Sequence record: OZ346228.1 | Reading direction: 5' to 3' (one strand) | Source of the DNA: a phage | DNA: 64,000 nucleotides | Shown here: positions 38,518 to 48,990 of the stretch, one piece after another | Position numbering within the stretch: position 1 is the stretch's first letter | Layout of the letters: each line of letters starts with the position of its first letter | Program-made: the position numbers and the translations under genes | Notes under the pieces: generated by a model | Seen by the model: the letters and a program-made list of their open reading frames with translations, nothing else | Database searches by the model: none | What the model was told of the DNA's origin: nothing

Positions 38518-40263
38518 ATGGCGCAAGACATGACAAGCTTCGAGCAGGCGGTAGATCAAGTAATTGTTGATTCTGAACGTTTGCACTTGATTGTCAACGG
38601 TAACGCTGTGGATGAAGTTGTCGTAGAGGATGGGACCACTATCCCTACGGTACGAAAAGCCATGCTTGACACCCTTTATTTTAAAACGCCACCAATCCCT
38701 TGGGCGTATGGTGCATCCACAACAGTTTTTAACCAGTTGTATGAGTTTAAAGGGGATACAGGCACTCAGTGGTGGTACGCCCCAGCAGCATCAAAATCTA
38801 ACCCGGTTAGAATGCCAGCAGATCCTTCACAATCTCCAAACTGGAGATTATACACCGACTCTGCAGTAATGGCAAAATACTACGCAAAACTTAACAGCCC
38901 AAGGTTCGAAGGTGACCCGCGAGTACCTACACCTCCAATGGACGATAAGTCAGAGTCCATAGCAAACACAGAGTTTGTTGTTGACTATGTTGATAGCATA
39001 TTTAAAGCCATGGAGGGGATGAAAGTTACTGTAGGATCTTTGGTGGTAAAAGGTCTTACAGAACTCGCTAACACTATAGTTGGTGGCACCCTTACCTTAC
39101 ATGGACCTGTTAATGGGGCAGATTCTACTGCACGCTTTAGGAATCTAATCCTCACGGCAAATACTTCTACACTTACTTTTGCGTGGAGCGATCCTAAGCA
39201 TGCAGACTGGAGAAGTACAGAGCTGCAACCTCATGAAGTGTCCACCCACAGGGTTATAGCTGACACTATAACTTCTGGGAAACCAGTGGCTAATAATAAC
39301 GATGTGCATTTTGATGGTCTGGGTAATAACTTTTTTGACTACGTGTACATTCGTGGTAATGCCATGAAGGCAGCAACCGAACCGACATTGCAGGTAGATG
39401 GGACCACCAGGGTTAAGAACCTTGAGGTGACAGGTACCGTTACAGGGATAACATACTCTGTCGATGGCACCATGATCTACCCTAGCTATATTGAAAGCAC
39501 TGGTGATGCATTGATAAATGGCGATTTGGAGGTTGGCGGGTCTGTAGTTATTCGAGGTACGGCCTCTATCCAAAACATAGCTCTGAATACCTTAAGAGTC
39601 AATGAGCGTGCAACTTTTGAAGGAGAAGGGCTTACAGCCAACAAAGGTGTAATTACCGAGCTGACAACAACCACTTTAACTGCAACAGCTGCAAACTCTG
39701 AAAACTGCAACGTTACCCGCAACTTGCAGGTAAATGGAGATGTCAGTTTAAACGCAGCAGGGCCTGGCACCACCTCTGTTCACAACCTTGAAATATCCGG
39801 CACGGTGACTGGGTGGTTGCCTGACTTCTCTAATGTCACCTTTGTCTGTAATGGCATTAACTCCAGTGGCAAGATAACCACCTCTCAAGAAATTGAGGCG
39901 GGTAAAACCATTACTGCCCCTACTTTCCACGCAGGAAAGGTAGATTTTGATTTAGAGGAGGTTGACGCGTCCAGTGGGACATGGACACCTAACGGGCAGG
40001 CCAGTATGTATGTTGTTCACGCGAAAGGGGATTTTACAATAGGACAGTGGCCTGGGACATCAGCGGAAGATAAACCTTATCCATTCACTGCGGTTATCTA
40101 TGTAATTCAGGATGCTGTAGGTCACAACGTGACTTTGCACGATAAGTATGCTATCCTGTCGGCAACACCTGTTATTAACAACAAGGCTAACAGTGTTACC
40201 TTGCTGCAATTAACGTATTGTGGTGTTGGTGATATCGTAGACGTAGTAATTGCACAACGTTAA
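38518..40263 (+). CDS. tail fibre protein (beta-structure rich)
   Basis: 581 aa; Thr/Gly/Val/Asn-rich repetitive segments typical of fibre shafts; RBS TAAGGAGAA. Confidence 0.5.
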   Translation: MAQDMTSFEQAVDQVIVDSERLHLIVNGNAVDEVVVEDGTTIPTVRKAMLDTLYFKTPPIPWAYGASTTVFNQLYEFKGDTGTQWWYAPAASKSNPVRMPADPSQSPNWRLYTDSAVMAKYYAKLNSPRFEGDPRVPTPPMDDKSESIANTEFVVDYVDSIFKAMEGMKVTVGSLVVKGLTELANTIVGGTLTLHGPVNGADSTARFRNLILTANTSTLTFAWSDPKHADWRSTELQPHEVSTHRVIADTITSGKPVANNNDVHFDGLGNNFFDYVYIRGNAMKAATEPTLQVDGTTRVKNLEVTGTVTGITYSVDGTMIYPSYIESTGDALINGDLEVGGSVVIRGTASIQNIALNTLRVNERATFEGEGLTANKGVITELTTTTLTATAANSENCNVTRNLQVNGDVSLNAAGPGTTSVHNLEISGTVTGWLPDFSNVTFVCNGINSSGKITTSQEIEAGKTITAPTFHAGKVDFDLEEVDASSGTWTPNGQASMYVVHAKGDFTIGQWPGTSAEDKPYPFTAVIYVIQDAVGHNVTLHDKYAILSATPVINNKANSVTLLQLTYCGVGDIVDVVIAQR

Positions 40264-40311
40264 TATATCTAACCGCTCCTGACGGGGCGGTTTTCTTATC
40301 TGGAGAACACA

Positions 40312-43300
40312 ATGCTTCCAATCCCTTTGCTAAAACTTGGTCGTCATTTCCTCGATAAGAGGGGTGGAATTAAGGAACTTGCTGTTCTGTCATACCCAAT
40401 AGACAACAGTGATGGTACAAGCAACACAGTATCCTATGTAAATAGCTTAGCTATACTTTTTGATGATGGTCAGCTTAATATTACTGGCTATAACAAGTTC
40501 GGAGAGTGCCGCACTGGGGATCGTAGCCCTATAAACTATCCGAGCGAAACAGCCTGGAATGTTGATCATGTGTGGAGAGCAGACCGCGCGTTTGTGATCC
40601 GGACTTTTGATAACCAGTTTTTCTACATCGGCTGCACTGCAGGTCTTATCGGATCCACTGCGGCAGGCGGTAATGATGTTTGCGTAAACGAGTGGACACC
40701 ACTCCCAGAGCAGATTGTTAAAGGATTGCACCTTGACACCCACCCAGAACGCCTTATTGAGGTGATGGGCGGTATTAACAACACTGTCTGGGTTATTGCA
40801 GAGGCAGAAGGTACTGGCATACTTAACCTGTATGGATCTGGTAACAACACCTACGGATCTTTGCATGTAGATAAAAATCAGCATGCAACCCCTGTAAAGA
40901 TTGGTGAGACATCGGAAAATCCTGAAACAGGCCCTTGGAAAAACCCAAGCATCAACTGTGAGGTGCATGACAACTCTGTTATTTTCGGTGGTCCTAGGGG
41001 TTTCTGGATTGCTGGATACGACTTTCTGAGAAATAACAGTAGAAACGACCTTGTTTGGCCTCCTGTGCAGATTACTCGTAACGATTTGAGGGGCATTCCT
41101 GCAGATGAGGAGTGGAAAGGGTTTATGTGTGGTCCTAACGGGGCAGTAATTGCTACACAGAGGATGCATAGACCCGATGACCAGCAGCTTGTTAACGTAT
41201 TTTATGGTCAAAACATTTGGGGAGATGATACATGGCGGGAACTGAATATCACCTACACCCATGAGGTAATGATGGCTCGTGGGTACGGCACAAGTGGCAT
41301 TTTCTTCAATAATGGCACTAAGCAGTATCGTGGGTTCTCTCGCAACTTATGTAATGATATTGGTGCACAATCTGCAAACAATAGTCCTAGGGCCGATTTT
41401 ATCCACTATCAAGCTCTTGCTACAGCTAAATATGTTGAGCAACGCCTGCCAGTCAGCTGGACAGAGAGTGTTTATTTCCAAGGCATCCACAGAGAAGGTT
41501 TCTTAGGGACCTTTACTGTTGTTAATGGTAAACTTTGGTGGTCAGGTATCCCAAGGGGAAGTTTTACAGGCTCTAATAACCTGTTTGGCGGCAGACTTAA
41601 TAGTCAGGGGTTCACAGAGGTTCCTGAGAATTGGTATAAAAATGTCCCAGTAGACAGTTGGGGCGTTGATGATATTTTCGACGTTAATGGTGTTAGCAGT
41701 GTTAGCAATATCTACATTGGTGACACGGTCAAGATGAAATTGAAGCCTCAGCCAGAGGGAGCTACGTTCATCATTGACAAGATTGAACTGGTGAATGCTG
41801 CAGGTACGGTTGTTACAGATGCAAATTACCAATTCTCCACCAACTGGAACCACGGCGGGGCCAACGAAGTTGTTGTTACCCAGTATAACAGAAATGTTAA
41901 CAGACGTGGCCTGTACTCTGTAAAAATAACCTATCATGACAAGCATGGCACAGGCAGAACTCACACGACAAGGACTTTGAACTGGAACACCATAGTTCCT
42001 GCGTATCCGTCCAACGGCAAGTGGCATACCGTTGGTAGAAACAAGCAGTTCCATGTTAACGATACTGTATACTTTGGGCTGAATGGGACCCAGCCTGCAG
42101 TAGAAGGGGATACATCGTATATGGTCAGACTCCACAGAATGGATGCTGGATCAGTCACTTATGATGTGACCCAAGAGATCTACGATCAAAGACGCGCCAC
42201 GTATGACAATATTGTGAAAACACAAGCCTTGTGGGAGTTCAATCCTAATGGCAAGGGTGGTAAAATGTTGCAGGTTAATGAGCAGAACGGAACGTCGTTG
42301 ACTGTTCACGAACACCCAGACCCTTGGCCTGATCCTGGAAAACCTCACCCGGGAGCTCGTACACTGAAAATTGTCAGCCATGATGCAGGATATTTCGGAA
42401 TACGCTGGGAAGCTACAGTAAGATATGTCGACGGGACAACAAACAACATAGGGATTACACTTGGCGGCACTAGTGAAGATAGCTCGCTGAAAATTGCCTA
42501 CACGCCCAGAGGTATCTCTATTGATAATATGGATGTTGTTCGCAATGGTTACGGCGATGTGAATGTCAAAGTTACTCTTGGCGAACATCTTGGTGGGGAA
42601 AGGATCATCATGTATGCCTTTGATCATGATCCACGCACCAATGGAACTTATGCAAATCAGGCATGGAGTTACCTGATAAATGCACCTGAGCCGAATACTA
42701 AAGAGTTCTACTATGGCATGAAGCGAGATGTGTGCAAGAAAACAGGAACACATGACTGGATTGCTATCTGCGTTAAAGATGAGCGCACAGCTTGGGATGA
42801 GCCTGTTAACAGATGGTTCATAGGTATTCCTACCAGAAGTGATAAGTATGTCGCAGAATATATTGTATGCATGGGCGGTACCAACCTAAACATGTGTTGG
42901 AACGAAGATGTAAACAAATACTCTGATTATGACTATATGAGGGATTACTCTTGTAATTTGTGGTTTAACCAAACTACAGGTTACCCTCCAAGACAGGCGA
43001 GAGTAAACCCTGCAATCTTCACAGACACGCAGGTTTTCTTGACAAAACAGGCCAACGAGGTTCAGACCTTCAAGAATAAATACGATCCTAACAAGTGGTT
43101 CTACAACTGTTACGGCGCATTTTTCTGGGGACCTGGTGAGTTACCTGGTGGTGGATCTTGCTTGAATGAGGCAACTTACGCAAGTGACTACATCATGGGG
43201 CAGGTCAAGAAGTATAAGATAATCCCCGGTCCTGAGACTTTGGGCAATGCCGTTGACCCTTATATCATCATGACTGCACTGAGATCAAACATGGATGGGA

Positions 43301-45948
43301 CATCCATGTCCATGCAAATTCCGGTAACAAACGGATACAAACGTGTTGTGATGATCATTAAGTGCGACCTGATAGGTAAACAAGTTCTTGCAGAAAACGG
43401 GACATCCACACATCCTTTTGAGATCGCTCTGCACTATCAGTTTGCTGACTCACCTTTTGCAGGGGATAAGAGAATATCTGATACAGACGCACAGCGTTGT
43501 AAGAAAGTATTGTTGGGTGCAGGTTGGTGGTGGTATGAGTTTGATTTAACAGACAAATTCACCGACACGTCTAAAGTTGTAACAGGACTTCGTCTAGACC
43601 TTGGCGAGAACATGCACAAAGCTGTTTGTGATGGCACCTATGGTGACCCTACAATATACCTAAAATATGTTTCTTTTGAGCATCCGGAAGATGTTGTCTA
43701 CGGTCCAAAACTGAGATTGTTTGGCAGCTGGATTGCAAAAGATAGGGTAGGCATGGGTAAGAAGGTAAGAGGGTTCTTGGTTGATGCAGGAACAGAAGAC
43801 ATGCTGGTTAATGCAGTATGGCCTGAATTACCTGGGACTCAGTGGGACAACTCAGCCAAATCTATAAACTGGTTTAACATTCATAGGGCCATGTGGACCA
43901 CTAACTGCTACTTGTGGAGAGAGCTTAACGATCAGGCCTTTGGATTCAGCGAGGGTAGAAGGATGGCGATCATTTGCTGGACAACACTGCAAAGATGTTA
44001 TGACCATGACTATGAGATTGGGGGCAGGGCATGGAAAAATATCAGGGATAGAATCATAACCAATTTTGCAGACGACAACGGTGGTGGAGCACATAACTTT
44101 GGCACAAGCCGACTCATCCATTTGAACGGATCCTCAGCCTACAAGAAAGAAGGTTACTCTGGGTCTATGATCGAGCGGGGTCTGGTGAAAGATGCTCGCG
44201 TATTGATGGGCCAGCAACTTGCTGCCGCAGTAGGTCCCAGCGCAGTGCAGTCGGTTAAACCAGCGTGGTTCGATATTCCATTGTGGTCACCCGGAACACC
44301 GGGAACTGCTGCAATCAACCCTACCACTGGGGATCTGGAAATCTCCTGGGAAGACCTGAAGCAGGTCGGTGGTTGGGACAAAACAGGGTATCAGGTTCAA
44401 TGGTGGAGGGCTGACGGATCTTTAGCCGCTGATGAGTTTGTTAAGGACAATTTCTACACTATGTCCTCTGCAAAAGCACAGCAATTATTTGGTCAGGCAA
44501 CTCCGTCAACGATCACCATGTCTATGTGCTGTAAAGACAACAGGACTGGAGCTTTGGGGCCAAGGGTTGCTAAAGTTTTCTCAGGTATTAAATGGAATCT
44601 ACCTGTCCAAAGTATTTCATGGAAGCAAATAGGTGATAACAAGCTGCTGGTTACCCCTGCCTGTCAGTTCAACGCAACTCTTAACGTTGATCCTGCTGTT
44701 GCGGCAAACTCAGCTAAAGCTTCTGACTTCTCTGTGTCTAACACTGCTATGGCAGATGTGAGGAAGATTGACACGCTGAACGCCAGAATTACCTGTAAAA
44801 ACACTTATGGCACATTCCAAATCATCAACAACTTCACAGATGCTGATTCTAAGGTAGTGAGGACAGCAAGCCAGACTCTGAGTTTAGGAACTCTGGCCTA
44901 TGCGGCCCTGATCACCGAACAGTCGGCAACACTCCAAGGAGGTGGTGTAGGCAAGTCCATTACAACACCTGTGTGGAAGCCAAATGAGTGGGTTGTGTTT
45001 GATTTGACTGTGGACTTCTCCAGCGATAATAACTGGACATGGGTAAGGAATTGTTTGTCACAGTTGATGGGCGGTCCAAGCTCCGTTAGTGATAGTCACG
45101 ACTCTACTGACCCGAGTGTGTTCCAGGTAGGTAAAACTCACCCAGAGACTGGAGAAACGTTGCCTGACAGGAAGTATGCTTTGGTTTGCATCTCTTACGG
45201 GAAGGCAGATGTCGCCTTCTCAGGGACACACACTTATAACGGAACCTACAACTTCTCAAGGAAGTATAGTCTCAAAGCAGGGAACATTATAGACGAGGTT
45301 GGTGCGCTGTATAATCCGGGCAACGGCATAGGGATTGTTGGTGGTAAACTGCAGATGCAGGAACCTTCTATTACCCCTTCCAACGTATCCGGGATTAGAA
45401 AGACTTGGGAAAGTAGTAATACCAACATTGCAACAGTGGATGCCACCACAGGACTGGTAACATTTAAAGCTACTGGGAATGTCACCATAAAGTTTGTAGT
45501 TACTGATGATGTAGGGCGCAAAACGTCTTCAACATCTTTTACTGTCAAACAGATGGCACCACAGTGGAGAATGTGGATAGGTACAGCAACAAACGGGGCA
45601 TACCCTAATCCGTCAGGTACTTCTGGTATGAAGACTTTCTCTACAAGCAAACCGATGGAGTACGGCAGCGGTCCTAAGGTAGGGCAGATGGTGTACTTTG
45701 GTGCGTATATTCCTGAAATTATAGGGCTTCCTAGAAGTCAGCTTCAGTTGCTGTTTGGGGCTGGTGTTGACGATCTTGCCACTTTCGGGTATAGCGACAA
45801 CATCGAGGCTGCAAGGAGTTCAGGATGGGTAGGGTTCAGAATGGAGTCTGGAAAGGAAGGCAGGATTCTAGGGACAGCCTCTATAGGTGTTATGTTCCCT
45901 GGTGACCAGCAGTATCGTCTAGAAGCCTACGCAACCTTTTCTCGTTAA
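40312..45948 (+). CDS. giant virion-associated protein with Ig-like domain(s)
   Basis: 1878-aa uninterrupted ORF; C-terminal region contains bacterial Ig-like motif (SNVSGIRKTWESSNTNIATVDATTGLVTFKATGNVTIKFVVTDDVGRKT); ends at bidirectional terminator. Confidence 0.5.
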   Translation: MLPIPLLKLGRHFLDKRGGIKELAVLSYPIDNSDGTSNTVSYVNSLAILFDDGQLNITGYNKFGECRTGDRSPINYPSETAWNVDHVWRADRAFVIRTFDNQFFYIGCTAGLIGSTAAGGNDVCVNEWTPLPEQIVKGLHLDTHPERLIEVMGGINNTVWVIAEAEGTGILNLYGSGNNTYGSLHVDKNQHATPVKIGETSENPETGPWKNPSINCEVHDNSVIFGGPRGFWIAGYDFLRNNSRNDLVWPPVQITRNDLRGIPADEEWKGFMCGPNGAVIATQRMHRPDDQQLVNVFYGQNIWGDDTWRELNITYTHEVMMARGYGTSGIFFNNGTKQYRGFSRNLCNDIGAQSANNSPRADFIHYQALATAKYVEQRLPVSWTESVYFQGIHREGFLGTFTVVNGKLWWSGIPRGSFTGSNNLFGGRLNSQGFTEVPENWYKNVPVDSWGVDDIFDVNGVSSVSNIYIGDTVKMKLKPQPEGATFIIDKIELVNAAGTVVTDANYQFSTNWNHGGANEVVVTQYNRNVNRRGLYSVKITYHDKHGTGRTHTTRTLNWNTIVPAYPSNGKWHTVGRNKQFHVNDTVYFGLNGTQPAVEGDTSYMVRLHRMDAGSVTYDVTQEIYDQRRATYDNIVKTQALWEFNPNGKGGKMLQVNEQNGTSLTVHEHPDPWPDPGKPHPGARTLKIVSHDAGYFGIRWEATVRYVDGTTNNIGITLGGTSEDSSLKIAYTPRGISIDNMDVVRNGYGDVNVKVTLGEHLGGERIIMYAFDHDPRTNGTYANQAWSYLINAPEPNTKEFYYGMKRDVCKKTGTHDWIAICVKDERTAWDEPVNRWFIGIPTRSDKYVAEYIVCMGGTNLNMCWNEDVNKYSDYDYMRDYSCNLWFNQTTGYPPRQARVNPAIFTDTQVFLTKQANEVQTFKNKYDPNKWFYNCYGAFFWGPGELPGGGSCLNEATYASDYIMGQVKKYKIIPGPETLGNAVDPYIIMTALRSNMDGTSMSMQIPVTNGYKRVVMIIKCDLIGKQVLAENGTSTHPFEIALHYQFADSPFAGDKRISDTDAQRCKKVLLGAGWWWYEFDLTDKFTDTSKVVTGLRLDLGENMHKAVCDGTYGDPTIYLKYVSFEHPEDVVYGPKLRLFGSWIAKDRVGMGKKVRGFLVDAGTEDMLVNAVWPELPGTQWDNSAKSINWFNIHRAMWTTNCYLWRELNDQAFGFSEGRRMAIICWTTLQRCYDHDYEIGGRAWKNIRDRIITNFADDNGGGAHNFGTSRLIHLNGSSAYKKEGYSGSMIERGLVKDARVLMGQQLAAAVGPSAVQSVKPAWFDIPLWSPGTPGTAAINPTTGDLEISWEDLKQVGGWDKTGYQVQWWRADGSLAADEFVKDNFYTMSSAKAQQLFGQATPSTITMSMCCKDNRTGALGPRVAKVFSGIKWNLPVQSISWKQIGDNKLLVTPACQFNATLNVDPAVAANSAKASDFSVSNTAMADVRKIDTLNARITCKNTYGTFQIINNFTDADSKVVRTASQTLSLGTLAYAALITEQSATLQGGGVGKSITTPVWKPNEWVVFDLTVDFSSDNNWTWVRNCLSQLMGGPSSVSDSHDSTDPSVFQVGKTHPETGETLPDRKYALVCISYGKADVAFSGTHTYNGTYNFSRKYSLKAGNIIDEVGALYNPGNGIGIVGGKLQMQEPSITPSNVSGIRKTWESSNTNIATVDATTGLVTFKATGNVTIKFVVTDDVGRKTSSTSFTVKQMAPQWRMWIGTATNGAYPNPSGTSGMKTFSTSKPMEYGSGPKVGQMVYFGAYIPEIIGLPRSQLQLLFGAGVDDLATFGYSDNIEAARSSGWVGFRMESGKEGRILGTASIGVMFPGDQQYRLEAYATFSR

Positions 45949-45966
45949 CAAGGGGATAAATAAAAA

Positions 45967-45991
45967 GGGGCCAAACGGCCCCTTTCTTTTT
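45967..45991. terminator. bidirectional rho-independent terminator
   Basis: GGGGCC-AAAC-GGCCCC flanked by A-run upstream and T-run downstream, between convergent operons. Confidence 0.7.
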
Positions 45992-45995
45992 ATAG

Positions 45996-46196
45996 TTAGT
46001 AATACTCCCAACATGCCCCATCTTCAGACGGCTTGACGCGCTTACCTTTATGGTCAACATAGGTATAGCCACAACCTTCACAAATAACAGGTGCTGCATA
46101 GCCTTCCTTCCACTGATCCTCAGTGATCAGACCTTCCAAATCTTTGCAGTCAAAGCCAAACAACTCTTCAGAGCAATCTTTACAAAAATCAGCCAT
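45996..46196 (-). CDS. small Cys-rich zinc-ribbon-like protein
   Basis: 66 aa with paired Cys motifs (CKDC, CEGCG); last gene of reverse-strand island before the bidirectional terminator. Confidence 0.4.
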   Translation of the reverse strand: MADFCKDCSEELFGFDCKDLEGLITEDQWKEGYAAPVICEGCGYTYVDHKGKRVKPSEDGACWEYY

Positions 46197-46199
46197 TTC

Positions 46200-46664
46200 T
46201 CAGTCCTCGCATTTAACAAATTTTTCTATAGATCCACCAAGCACAGCTTGTTGTTTGATGGCACTTTCTTCATCATAGTGGATAGACTTATGTTCCGTAC
46301 CTCCAAACTTACCTGTGTGGAAGGTGTGCACCCAAATCTCTTTAGGAAGGGATTTATTCTCTTCCTCCACCAACTCCCACATACCCCACAAGTGATCTGT
46401 GATATCTCTGATGAAATATCCCTCGCCGAGGTTTGTATTCACACTGTAAGCTGATTCGTGATCTCCGCAAATATAACGGAAGGCAGTGTACTCTTTACCT
46501 GGTGTGAAGTGAGTATCCATTAGTATGGCTGTTAAAGAATAAGGGTCTCGAAAGCCCAAGAACTTTAGTTTAACAATTTCGACATTTACATCTGCAAGAT
46601 TATCCATGACGATCTCCTCTGTTTGGTTGGTGAGAATTATATATAGATCTGGTGGTGGCGTCAA
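46200..46664 (-). CDS. hypothetical protein
   Basis: 154-aa ORF, tightly spaced with neighbours on the reverse strand. Confidence 0.4.
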   Translation of the reverse strand: MTPPPDLYIILTNQTEEIVMDNLADVNVEIVKLKFLGFRDPYSLTAILMDTHFTPGKEYTAFRYICGDHESAYSVNTNLGEGYFIRDITDHLWGMWELVEEENKSLPKEIWVHTFHTGKFGGTEHKSIHYDEESAIKQQAVLGGSIEKFVKCED

Positions 46665-46768
46665 GCTTAATTTTAAGAGATCTGAGAGGGTATTTTATTC
46701 AGGAAGGCAATCGCACAGGGTGGAGAAATTTATGAAGGCACAGGCCTCGTTTGAGGCCTTAAATTCTA

Positions 46769-47149
46769 TTATGACACTTTGACATAGCGCTCTGACAAAG
46801 CTGGGAAGCCAAAAGTAGTGCCTATACTACCATAGGCTATCCACCATTGGAGTTCATCGTGACACCATTTTCCGATCAGGAAGGTGCTGGGATAGCGGGT
46901 CAGTATTTTGGCATAAGCTTTAGGATCTGCATCTTCTGGGATAATGATGCTTGGAATATCTTTGTTATGACCACAGCAGCAGTTTAGCGTTTTCAAACCT
47001 GCTGCCCACAAACTCATGATAGGCTTAGCCATACACTTATCAAGGCACACACGTTTTTTGCCGTCACGAAGATTTTTAGGCACATCAACGATAACATTTG
47101 GATGCTTGGCACCTTTTACTTTCCAATTATAGGATTTACACTTGCACAT
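46769..47149 (-). CDS. Cys-rich hypothetical protein
   Basis: 126 aa with CKCK and NCCCGH clusters suggesting metal binding. Confidence 0.4.
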   Translation of the reverse strand: MCKCKSYNWKVKGAKHPNVIVDVPKNLRDGKKRVCLDKCMAKPIMSLWAAGLKTLNCCCGHNKDIPSIIIPEDADPKAYAKILTRYPSTFLIGKWCHDELQWWIAYGSIGTTFGFPALSERYVKVS

Positions 47150-47199
47150 TTAATCAGTCTCCGTCTAGAAAGCCGCACTATACGTTTTTGAGGTATACT

Positions 47200-47370
47200 T
47201 TACTTAAAGTCTTTATCACCTGCCACGATTGCATGAATCCACTCATTGTGATGCTCAATAGCGGTGAGATGTAACATGATGTAGTGATCGTCATTGCCAA
47301 ACATGATATGATAGGCTTTGGCAGCATTTTGATATAACTTCCACATCAGGTAATGATATCTTCGCCTCAT
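47200..47370 (-). CDS. small hypothetical protein (56 aa)
   Basis: ORF below the 60-aa track cutoff, read from reverse complement (MRRRYHYLMWKLYQ...GDKDFK); fills an otherwise gene-free 226-bp gap. Confidence 0.25.
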   Translation of the reverse strand: MRRRYHYLMWKLYQNAAKAYHIMFGNDDHYIMLHLTAIEHHNEWIHAIVAGDKDFK

Positions 47371-47375
47371 GGCTC

Positions 47376-47846
47376 TTACTCCGGTTCAGGATCTGGGTAA
47401 TCTTCAATAATAAAGGGCCATCCGTTCCGCTTAGCCTCAGACTTATACTCAATCTCCTTCATTGCAAACTCTAACTGATTCTTAGCCGGAATACATGCCG
47501 GAGAATCATCAATCCAGATATCTGGGTAGATATCAAACTGCGCCAGGTAGGCTGCCTTCTGAACACCACCTGTGTAGAACACACCAACATCGAGCTCCTT
47601 GCGCCAATACTCAATGTCTACATTGTCTTGAGTAATGAATCGGAAAGTCACAAGGTAGACTGTCCACCCCTCCTTCTTCAGATCCCTGATCAGGCGGGAG
47701 AAGATGAAAGGGCTCGCATTAAACGTTCCATCAAAGTCGATGGCAATGATGTGCGTGCCGTGGCGAGTCTCATATGGATTGCTCGTGGTAAGATTGCTGT
47801 AATTAAAAGGGACTTCTTCCCCGCAGTAGCTGTAGTCCATATTCAC
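47376..47846 (-). CDS. HAD-superfamily phosphatase-like protein
   Basis: 156 aa; HAD motif I IAIDFDGT and motif IV-like IWIDDSP. Confidence 0.55.
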   Translation of the reverse strand: MNMDYSYCGEEVPFNYSNLTTSNPYETRHGTHIIAIDFDGTFNASPFIFSRLIRDLKKEGWTVYLVTFRFITQDNVDIEYWRKELDVGVFYTGGVQKAAYLAQFDIYPDIWIDDSPACIPAKNQLEFAMKEIEYKSEAKRNGWPFIIEDYPDPEPE

Positions 47847-48118
47847 ACCTTCTCGTTGATAAATTTACGGGCGGTTTGGTGAGTTGTTTCTGCTGTCTTC
47901 AGAATGATATTAATTTTATCGTCAAGATCATTCATCTCGGCAGTTAATTCAGGAATCTCTCCGGCATGCATGGTGAAATCATACATAGACATGCCCAAGA
48001 TCTCATTGATGCGGCGGTTGCATTCTGCAGCACGCTGGTTCATTTTCCAAGCTAACACCAAAGCCTCCTGCGTAGCCTCTAGTGCAAAATCTAATACGTC
48101 GGCCTCTTCTTTCGTCAT
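47843..48118 (-). CDS. hypothetical helical protein
   Basis: 91 aa; start overlaps upstream stop; RBS AGGAGAG on reverse strand. Confidence 0.4.
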   Translation of the reverse strand: MTKEEADVLDFALEATQEALVLAWKMNQRAAECNRRINEILGMSMYDFTMHAGEIPELTAEMNDLDDKINIILKTAETTHQTARKFINEKV

Positions 48119-48175
48119 CTTAGTCTCTCCTGTTGTATTGTTGGTAGGTGTATGAATACCTTATAACTCACCTTT

Positions 48176-48742
48176 TTATTCAAACTGCAATAGTAAGTCC
48201 ACCACCGCGCTAGGTCTGTCAACAAATTCCCCAGGTCCACATGCCCACAGAGGGTATCCGTCTACATACCGCCAAATCCAACCTGCAGTGTGGAGTTCGA
48301 GCAGGGCAGTACCGTCCTTACTGTCAACCACTCTTTCCCACAGTGTCGGGCAGCGAAGCTTGAGGATCGGATCCCCTCCCTTATACCCATCCATGTAGAT
48401 ACCCATTGCAAAGTTCAGCATCATCTTTTTGTGCACTGATCTTTTACTGAGGGTACTCATCACTTCCTCTTTGTGAATGTTTGTAAGCTTCTCCTTGGCT
48501 ACCCGCAGATCGTTGCAACCATTGTTCAGCAGATCTTCCAGACACTTGATCCGAAGGTCGTGAATGTCTTTGTCGTGTACCGTTGGCACAGGGTCGTAGC
48601 GGTATAGCACTGTTGATACAAGGTTGCTCGGGTGTGGGTCTGACAGCAACCCATAACCCCAATACTCTTCTGTATCTGAAAGGACAAGACACCCAATGTC
48701 TCTGTCAAGCTTTCCTGTGTTGTAAGCCACATTGACCGCCAT
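48176..48742 (-). CDS. hypothetical protein
   Basis: 188-aa ORF within reverse-strand operon. Confidence 0.4.
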   Translation of the reverse strand: MAVNVAYNTGKLDRDIGCLVLSDTEEYWGYGLLSDPHPSNLVSTVLYRYDPVPTVHDKDIHDLRIKCLEDLLNNGCNDLRVAKEKLTNIHKEEVMSTLSKRSVHKKMMLNFAMGIYMDGYKGGDPILKLRCPTLWERVVDSKDGTALLELHTAGWIWRYVDGYPLWACGPGEFVDRPSAVVDLLLQFE

Positions 48743-48744
48743 GA

Positions 48745-48990
48745 CTATAGCTCCACTAGCAAAGTGCTTTCAAAGTGACGTTCATGCAGACCGTTGTAAG
48801 GGACCACTTCCACAACGCCATCACGGACATATGGGGCCATCATGGTGGTATAATCTCCAAACGGGTTGGTATTGTCACTAACCACAACCACCTTCTGCCC
48901 TTCCTTGGCAGAGTGCCAAATAGATCTGCACTTCATCAGGTGTTCGAGAGCCCCAGGTAAAATTTTGTTACGTTCTTTACGGGTCTTCAT
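48745..48990 (-). CDS. small hypothetical protein (possibly related to the small paralog family)
   Basis: 81 aa; contains G-x-KVVVV..D hydrophobic beta-like core similar to the 49453..50480 paralogs. Confidence 0.35.
   Translation of the reverse strand: MKTRKERNKILPGALEHLMKCRSIWHSAKEGQKVVVVSDNTNPFGDYTTMMAPYVRDGVVEVVPYNGLHERHFESTLLVEL

Noticed and set aside
40447-41262. 271-aa reverse-strand ORF and other antisense ORFs inside 40312..45948
   Set aside because: Antisense to a long uninterrupted + strand gene; low-complexity translations; no independent signals.
47150-47375. 226-bp apparently gene-free gap considered as a possible ncRNA locus
   Set aside because: Contains a 56-aa reverse-strand ORF below the track cutoff and no convincing conserved RNA structure.
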